Shown here one piece after another: positions 59,145-64,000 of a DNA stretch of 64,000 bases (within the stretch, counting starts at the first letter, position 1; every line of letters begins with the position of its first letter). The notes beneath the pieces are model-generated. The model ran no database searches and was not told where the DNA came from. It saw only the letters and a list, made by a program, of their open reading frames with translations. This DNA is from an uncultured Rhodospirillaceae bacterium (GTDB lineage Bacteria > Pseudomonadota > Alphaproteobacteria > GCA-2731375): positions 23,613 to 87,612 of the forward strand of contig CAZVYX010000007.1 of assembly GCA_964631725.1 (NCBI GenBank), written 5' to 3'. A program made the translations under genes and the position numbers.

Positions 59145-59897
59145 TCAGCTTTCGTCCCGCAGCGGAATCGAAGCCTGATAGCTGTAGCGGTCCCCCCGCA
59201 GGTATAGGTGCGATACCGCGACCGGCCTGCCATCGTCCGCGGTATAGACGTTCTCGACCATGAACATCGGCGCCCCGAATTCGACCTCAAGCAGTTCATT
59301 CAGGTCGCGGTCGGCGGTGGTTGCGACAACCCGTTGGTCCATGCGGGCCAGGGTGAAGGCGCAATCCTTGCGCATGACATCGACGAAACTGCGTACGCCG
59401 GACATGGTCTCATCGGCGATGAAACCAAAATCCTCAACCCTGCCAAAGTTGACGTGCAGCGATATGGTCTCGCCCTGCAGGCGGCGGATGCGCCGCATGG
59501 TCCACAGTTCGGCCTGGGCCCGGCAACTAAAAATTTCCGCCACCGCCGACGGCGCGGGCGCCGCGCCGATGCTCAGCACTTCCTGCTCAATCTCCCGGTC
59601 CTCACCGCTGGCCGTATCCAGCCATTCGGCAAAATTGCCCGACAGCTTGACCTCAATGCCCGCCGGATCGGGCCGCTTCGTCACGATGGTGCCGATGCCG
59701 CGCCGGCCCTGGACCAGGCCATCGGCCGCCAGCAGATCGATCGCCTTGCGTATGGTGATGTTGGAAACGGAAAATATCTGCTCCAGCACCACCGCCGCCG
59801 GCAGGGTCTCACCGGTGCTGTATTCACCGCTGGAAATACGACGGCGCAGGGTGTTGGCGACCTGCCGGTATTGCGGAATGGCTCCTGCGACACTCAC
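59145..59897 (-). CDS. GntR-family transcriptional regulator (HutC subfamily, UTRA effector domain)
   Basis: Winged HTH ..YRQVANTLRRRI.SGEY..G..LP....L.....VS..T.RKA...L...GL...R.G.GT.V.. with a UTRA-sized C-domain. GTG start has GGAGGA upstream. Confidence 0.85.
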   Translation of the reverse strand: MSVAGAIPQYRQVANTLRRRISSGEYSTGETLPAAVVLEQIFSVSNITIRKAIDLLAADGLVQGRRGIGTIVTKRPDPAGIEVKLSGNFAEWLDTASGEDREIEQEVLSIGAAPAPSAVAEIFSCRAQAELWTMRRIRRLQGETISLHVNFGRVEDFGFIADETMSGVRSFVDVMRKDCAFTLARMDQRVVATTADRDLNELLEVEFGAPMFMVENVYTADDGRPVAVSHLYLRGDRYSYQASIPLRDES

Positions 59898-59921
59898 GGT
59901 TAGTTCCTCCTCGACCAGACC

Positions 59922-61298
59922 TTATTCAAGGTCGATCATTTTGCCGGGGTTCATGATGTTTTCCGGGTCAAGAGCACGCTTGATCTGCCGCATGACTTCC
60001 ACCGCATCGCCCAGTTCCTCGACCAGGAAGTCCTTCTTGCCCAGGCCGATGCCGTGTTCGCCGGTACAGGTGCCATCCATGGCCAGGGCGCGGCGGATCA
60101 TGCGGGCGTTCAGGTCTTCCGCCTCCGCGACCTCGGCCTCGCTGTTGGGATCGATCACATAGATCAGATGAAAATTACCGTCGCCCACATGGCCCAGCAT
60201 GGGCGCCGGGAAGGAACAGCCTTCTAGCTCCTTCTGGGTCTCGACAATGCATTCGGACAGGCGGGAGAGCGGTACGCAAACATCGGTGCCCCAAAGCTCG
60301 GCGCCCTGCCGCATCGCCTTGACCGCCGGGGCGGCGTCATGACGGGCCTGCCAAAGGGCATCCCGTTTCTCCTGCTGGGTTTCCCAATTGAATTCGCCGC
60401 CGCCGAATTCCGCGACGATGGCCGAGGTCACTTCGATCTGCTCCTCGACGGACTTTGGACCGCCGTTGAATTCCATGAACAACGTCGGCTGTACGGGATA
60501 GTCAAAGCCGGAATAGTCATTGATCGCCTGTAACTGCACTTCATCGACCAGCTCAACGCGCGCTATGGGCACGCCCGCCTGTATGGTGCTGACCACGCTA
60601 TCGACGGCATCCTTGACGGAGGGGAAATTCACCACCGCCGCCGCGATGCTTTCGGGTATGGCATGCAATTGCACCGTGATCTCGGTCATCACGCCCAGGA
60701 TGCCCTCGGAGCCTACGAACAGGCGGGTCAGATCCAATCCGGCGGACGACTTCTTGGCCCGCTGGGCCGTGTTGATAACGCGGCCGTCCGGCAGGACGAC
60801 TTTGATGGCGATGACGTTGTCCTTCATGGTGCCATAGCGCACGGCATTGGTGCCGGAAGCCCGGGTCCCCGTCATGCCGCCGATGGTGGCGTCCGCGCCG
60901 GGATCCACCGGAAAAAACAAACCCGTGTCGCGAATATGCTCATTCAGTTGTTTTCGCGTCACGCCGGCCTGCACCGTGCAACTGAAATCCTCCGGATAAA
61001 CCGAGAGAATCCGGTTCATCTGTCCCATGTCCATGCAGACGCCGCCCCGCACCGCCTGAATGTGCCCCTCAACCGAAGTGCCAACGCCAAAGGGGATCAG
61101 CGGTGTCTTCGAACCCGCACAGATCTTGACGATTTCAACGACTTCCTCGGTGCTGTGGGGAAACACCACCGCATCGGGCGGCTGGGCGCCGTGCCAGAAT
61201 TCGTCCCGGCCATGCTGTTCCCGCACCGCCTCTGCCGTGCTCAGCCGCTCCGCCAAAAGATCGCCGATTGCATCGGTTACCGAAGCCGAAATTGACAT
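59922..61298 (-). CDS. FAD-linked oxidase (GlcD / D-lactate dehydrogenase-like), second copy
   Basis: ..VVFP.STEEVV.IVK.C.....P.IPFG.GTS.EG.. and C-terminal ..GT.TGEHG.G.GK... ATG at 61298 follows GGGAGAGGG. Confidence 0.85.
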   Translation of the reverse strand: MSISASVTDAIGDLLAERLSTAEAVREQHGRDEFWHGAQPPDAVVFPHSTEEVVEIVKICAGSKTPLIPFGVGTSVEGHIQAVRGGVCMDMGQMNRILSVYPEDFSCTVQAGVTRKQLNEHIRDTGLFFPVDPGADATIGGMTGTRASGTNAVRYGTMKDNVIAIKVVLPDGRVINTAQRAKKSSAGLDLTRLFVGSEGILGVMTEITVQLHAIPESIAAAVVNFPSVKDAVDSVVSTIQAGVPIARVELVDEVQLQAINDYSGFDYPVQPTLFMEFNGGPKSVEEQIEVTSAIVAEFGGGEFNWETQQEKRDALWQARHDAAPAVKAMRQGAELWGTDVCVPLSRLSECIVETQKELEGCSFPAPMLGHVGDGNFHLIYVIDPNSEAEVAEAEDLNARMIRRALAMDGTCTGEHGIGLGKKDFLVEELGDAVEVMRQIKRALDPENIMNPGKMIDLE

Positions 61299-61337
61299 CA
61301 CCCTCTCCCGTTTCAGTCCAGGCGGGACCGACCTATA

Positions 61338-61355
61338 TCGTATATATGTATACGA
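61338..61355. promoter_or_regulatory. Inverted repeat TCGTATA-tatg-TATACGA in a divergent promoter region
   Basis: 7-bp arms inside an AT-rich patch (ctatatcgtatatatgtatacgaatataataat), between the GlcD-like/GntR array and the enoyl-CoA hydratase operon. Confidence 0.35.
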
Positions 61356-61474
61356 ATATAATAATCCGGTCAACGTTTCGGTAGTTGCCGGCACGGAGGC
61401 ATGGACGCCGCCATGGTTTTGCTGGCACAGTGCCAAAAATCGAAAGCTGGAATTTTGTCAGATGGAGAGCCCAC

Positions 61475-62266
61475 GTGAGCTACGAAACAATCGAATTTGA
61501 GATGCGCGGCGCCGTCGCCTGGGTGACCTTGAACCGGCCCAAGTCGTTCAATGCCCTTGACCTGACCATGGCCAAGGAACTGTGTGATCTGAGCATCCGC
61601 CTGGGCGGGGACAAATCGGTGCGCTGCGTGGTCATGACGGGCAAGGGCGATGCCGCTTATTGCGCCGGCGGCGATGTTCCCAGTTTTGCCGCCGATGTTG
61701 AAAACCTGCCCACCTTGCTGAAGGAAATGACCACCTATCTGCACATGGCGATCTCGCGCTTCGCCTGGATGCGGGCGCCCATGATCGCCGCCGTCAATGG
61801 CGTCGCCGCGGGCGCCGGCCTCAGCATGGTTGCCTGTACCGATCTGGCGATCGCGGTCGAGGGCGCCAGCTTCACTTCCGCCTATACCAAGATCGGACTG
61901 TCGCCGGACGGCAGTTCCACCTACTACCTGCCGCGCATAATCGGCACCCGCCGGGCGGCCGAGCTTTACATGACCAACCGCGTGCTGAGCGCCCAGGAGG
62001 CGCTGGATTGGGGCCTGATCAACAGAATCGTGCCGGCGGATGAGCTTACGGCGGAAACCGAGAAACTGGCCAATCAATTGGCCGACAGCGCCACCGAAGC
62101 CATGGGCGCGGTCAAGGAAATGCTCTTGATGTCGACCACCGACAGCCTGGAATCCCAGATGGAGCGCGAGACCCGCAATATTGCCCGTCTGGGCGGCACG
62201 GCGGATGGCCGGGAGGGCGTCGACGCCTTCGTCAACAAGCGCCAACCGAATTTTGCCGGCGAATAG
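61475..62266 (+). CDS. Enoyl-CoA hydratase/isomerase (crotonase) family protein
   Basis: ..VAWVTLNRP...NAL.., ..V.TG.G..A.CAGGD.. and ..P.IAAVNG.AAGAG... In-frame GTG at 61475 follows GGAGAG. The longer ORF start at 61385 is unlikely. Confidence 0.85.
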   Translation: MSYETIEFEMRGAVAWVTLNRPKSFNALDLTMAKELCDLSIRLGGDKSVRCVVMTGKGDAAYCAGGDVPSFAADVENLPTLLKEMTTYLHMAISRFAWMRAPMIAAVNGVAAGAGLSMVACTDLAIAVEGASFTSAYTKIGLSPDGSSTYYLPRIIGTRRAAELYMTNRVLSAQEALDWGLINRIVPADELTAETEKLANQLADSATEAMGAVKEMLLMSTTDSLESQMERETRNIARLGGTADGREGVDAFVNKRQPNFAGE

Positions 62267-62286
62267 AGACGAAAGGACAGCAGGCC

Positions 62287-63171
62287 ATGATTTCCACCGA
62301 TCCCCGCTACGAACGAAAATTCGCCACCGTCAACGGCAAGCGCATGGCCTATGTGGACGAGGGCGAGGGCGACCCCATCGTCTTTCAGCACGGCAATCCC
62401 ACCTCGTCCTACCTGTGGCGCAACATCATGCCCCATTGCGAGGGATTGGGCCGCCTGATCGCCTGCGATCTGATCGGCATGGGCGACAGCGAGAAGCTGG
62501 AGAACTCCGGACCCGACCGCTACACCTATACCGAACAGCGGGAATACCTTTACGCCCTGTGGCAACAGATCGGCGTTACGGACAATGTCGTTTTCGTGAT
62601 CCATGACTGGGGCTCAGCCCTGGGCTTCGACTGGGCCAATCAGAACCGGGACAAGGTGCAGGGGATCGCCTACATGGAAGCGGTAGTCAAAGAGTTGAGC
62701 TGGAGCGATTTCCCGGAATTTGGCCGTACCGTGTTTCAGGGCTTTCGCTCGGACGCGGGTGAAAACATGGTTCTGGACAAGAATATCTTCGTCGAGCGGG
62801 TTTTGCCTGGCGCCGTCATTCGCGACATGACCGAGGAGGAGATGGCCCATTACCGCAAACCCTATCTGGAGCCTGGCGAGGACCGCCGGCCCACCCTGAC
62901 CTGGCCACGGATGATTCCGATCGAGGGCGAGCCTCCGGACGTATGCCAGGCCGCTACTGACTACGGCTCCTGGTTGTCGCAATGCGATCTGCCGAAATTG
63001 TTCATAAATGCCGAACCTGGCTCCATCCTGGTCGGACCACAGCGGGAATTCTGCCGTAGCTGGCCGAACCAGACTGAAGTCACCGTCAAGGGCATTCATT
63101 TCGTGCAGGAGGACAGCCCGGACGAAATCGGCCAGGCGGTTGCCGAATTCGTCAAAGGTATTCGAGGATAA
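62287..63171 (+). CDS. Haloalkane dehalogenase (HLD-II type alpha/beta hydrolase)
   Basis: ..[30 protein letters not shown].., nucleophile ..[11 protein letters not shown].., ..YMEAVV.. (Glu) and ..[14 protein letters not shown].. (His). Confidence 0.85.
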   Translation: MISTDPRYERKFATVNGKRMAYVDEGEGDPIVFQHGNPTSSYLWRNIMPHCEGLGRLIACDLIGMGDSEKLENSGPDRYTYTEQREYLYALWQQIGVTDNVVFVIHDWGSALGFDWANQNRDKVQGIAYMEAVVKELSWSDFPEFGRTVFQGFRSDAGENMVLDKNIFVERVLPGAVIRDMTEEEMAHYRKPYLEPGEDRRPTLTWPRMIPIEGEPPDVCQAATDYGSWLSQCDLPKLFINAEPGSILVGPQREFCRSWPNQTEVTVKGIHFVQEDSPDEIGQAVAEFVKGIRG

Positions 63172-63190
63172 GGCAAAATTGGAGGGCACG

Positions 63191-63559
63191 ATGCCAATTA
63201 TCAATATCGACGACGTCGAGAAACAACCGTTTCCGGGCGGCGCCACCTATCAGACCATCGTCGGCGATGACGAGGGCTCGACCCCGATCCGCCTGGGCCT
63301 GCAGATCTCGGAGCCGGGCTATTCCACCGGCACCCACTCCCATCCCTACATGGAAGTGATCACCGTGGTTGAAGGCACGGGCGAAGCCTGGGTGGAGGGG
63401 CAGGACGGCATGGTGGCGGTTGAAGCCGGCATGACCCTGGTGCTGCCGCCGGGCGTCAGGCACGGTTTCCGCAACAACGGGACCGGGTTATTGAAAACCT
63501 ACGGCGTGCACGCTTCGCCCGACCGCATCGTCGATTTTCATCCCGAGGATGACGCCTGA
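63191..63559 (+). CDS. Cupin-domain protein
   Basis: ..GTHSHPYMEVITVVEGTGEAWVEG.. and ..PPGV.HGF.N.. cupin motifs. ATG at 63191 follows GGAGGG. Confidence 0.75.
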   Translation: MPIINIDDVEKQPFPGGATYQTIVGDDEGSTPIRLGLQISEPGYSTGTHSHPYMEVITVVEGTGEAWVEGQDGMVAVEAGMTLVLPPGVRHGFRNNGTGLLKTYGVHASPDRIVDFHPEDDA

Positions 63560-64000
63560 GCGGAACGGGTCCCAGACCGCGATTCAGCCAGCAGGCAAAG
63601 AATTTCAAACATCATGGTGGCGCCGACCAGGGCGGTGTTGCCGCTTGGGTCAAAGGGCGGCGAAACCTCCACCACATCGCCGCCAATCAGGTTCATGCCC
63701 GATAGTCCGCGCAGCATGATCTGCGCTTCCAAGGTGGAAAACCCGCCCACCTCCGGCGTGCCCGTGCCCGGCGCATAGACCGGGTCCAGGCCATCAACGT
63801 CAAAGCTGACATAGGCCGGGCCCGCGCCGATCACCCGCCGCGCCTCGGCGATCACGCCTTCAACGCCAAGTTCGTAAAACTCCTCGATATAGATCACCCG
63901 CATGCCCTGGTCGTGGCTGAACGACCAAATATCAGGATCGCTCATGGAGCCACGTATGCCGATTTGAATGCAGCGCTCGGGCTCCAGCAAGCCTTCCTCG
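63538..64000 (-). CDS. Agmatinase/arginase (ureohydrolase) family protein, C-terminal part (5' end outside window)
   Basis: ..YVSFDVDGLDP..APGTGTPE.GG.......... ..GGDVVEVSPP.D..G.TA.. The reading frame is open to the window edge. It overlaps the cupin gene end by 22 nt. Confidence 0.8.
   Translation of the reverse strand, partial: EEGLLEPERCIQIGIRGSMSDPDIWSFSHDQGMRVIYIEEFYELGVEGVIAEARRVIGAGPAYVSFDVDGLDPVYAPGTGTPEVGGFSTLEAQIMLRGLSGMNLIGGDVVEVSPPFDPSGNTALVGATMMFEILCLLAESRSGTRSAQASSSG

Noticed and set aside
57761-59299. The full 512-aa ORF as the coding region of the radical-SAM-like protein.
   Set aside because: The first 58 codons overlap the GntR gene end, are Arg/Ser/Cys/Thr-rich and lack an RBS. 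The ATG at 59125 has a strong GGAGGAG 7 nt upstream.

Overview
High-GC (roughly 60-65% by eye) chromosomal segment, most likely from an alphaproteobacterium because it carries a GcrA cell-cycle regulator. I recognise about 58 densely packed protein-coding genes. I found no rRNA, tRNA, CRISPR array, transposase, integrase or phage genes. The content is mostly metabolic and transport. Left third: part of an Mrp/Nuo-like membrane subunit, fbaA, assorted oxidoreductases, ychJ, ppiC, a TetR-linked split B12 acyl-CoA-mutase paralog, adhC, a BON protein and gcrA. Middle: a long minus-strand chain (MFP-RND efflux, four-domain rhodanese, small secreted protein, DadA-like oxidase, alpha/beta hydrolase), an orphan PAS histidine kinase, an SRAP peptidase, MFS, a GlcD-like oxidase, Sua5, a MaoC-like protein and a long acyl-CoA dehydrogenase. 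Right half: a tightly coupled plus-strand operon (MBL hydrolase, dgoK, dgoA, GNAT, GST, DapA-like aldolase and a second split B12 mutase paralog), a MetE-like protein, a peptide/opine-type ABC system with two binding proteins, and a minus-strand array (GlcD-like oxidase, GntR, radical-SAM-like protein, GDPD, SnoaL, third B12-binding subunit, MeaB, VOC). It ends with an enoyl-CoA hydratase, haloalkane dehalogenase and cupin operon and a partial agmatinase-family gene. The most unusual content is the concentration of cobalamin-enzyme parts. There are two large mutase subunits whose substrate-specificity residues match no characterised mutase. There are three small B12 subunits and one MeaB that has no mutase next to it. 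A radical-SAM-like protein carries a C-x8-C-x2-C motif. Secondary observations are two loci with three 12-bp-phased DnaA-box-like repeats (one upstream of gcrA), recurring GTATA/TATAC palindromes near the GntR-linked genes, an AT-rich non-coding island, and a lower-GC two-gene module of unknown function. All functional calls come from motif recognition by eye; no searches were run.
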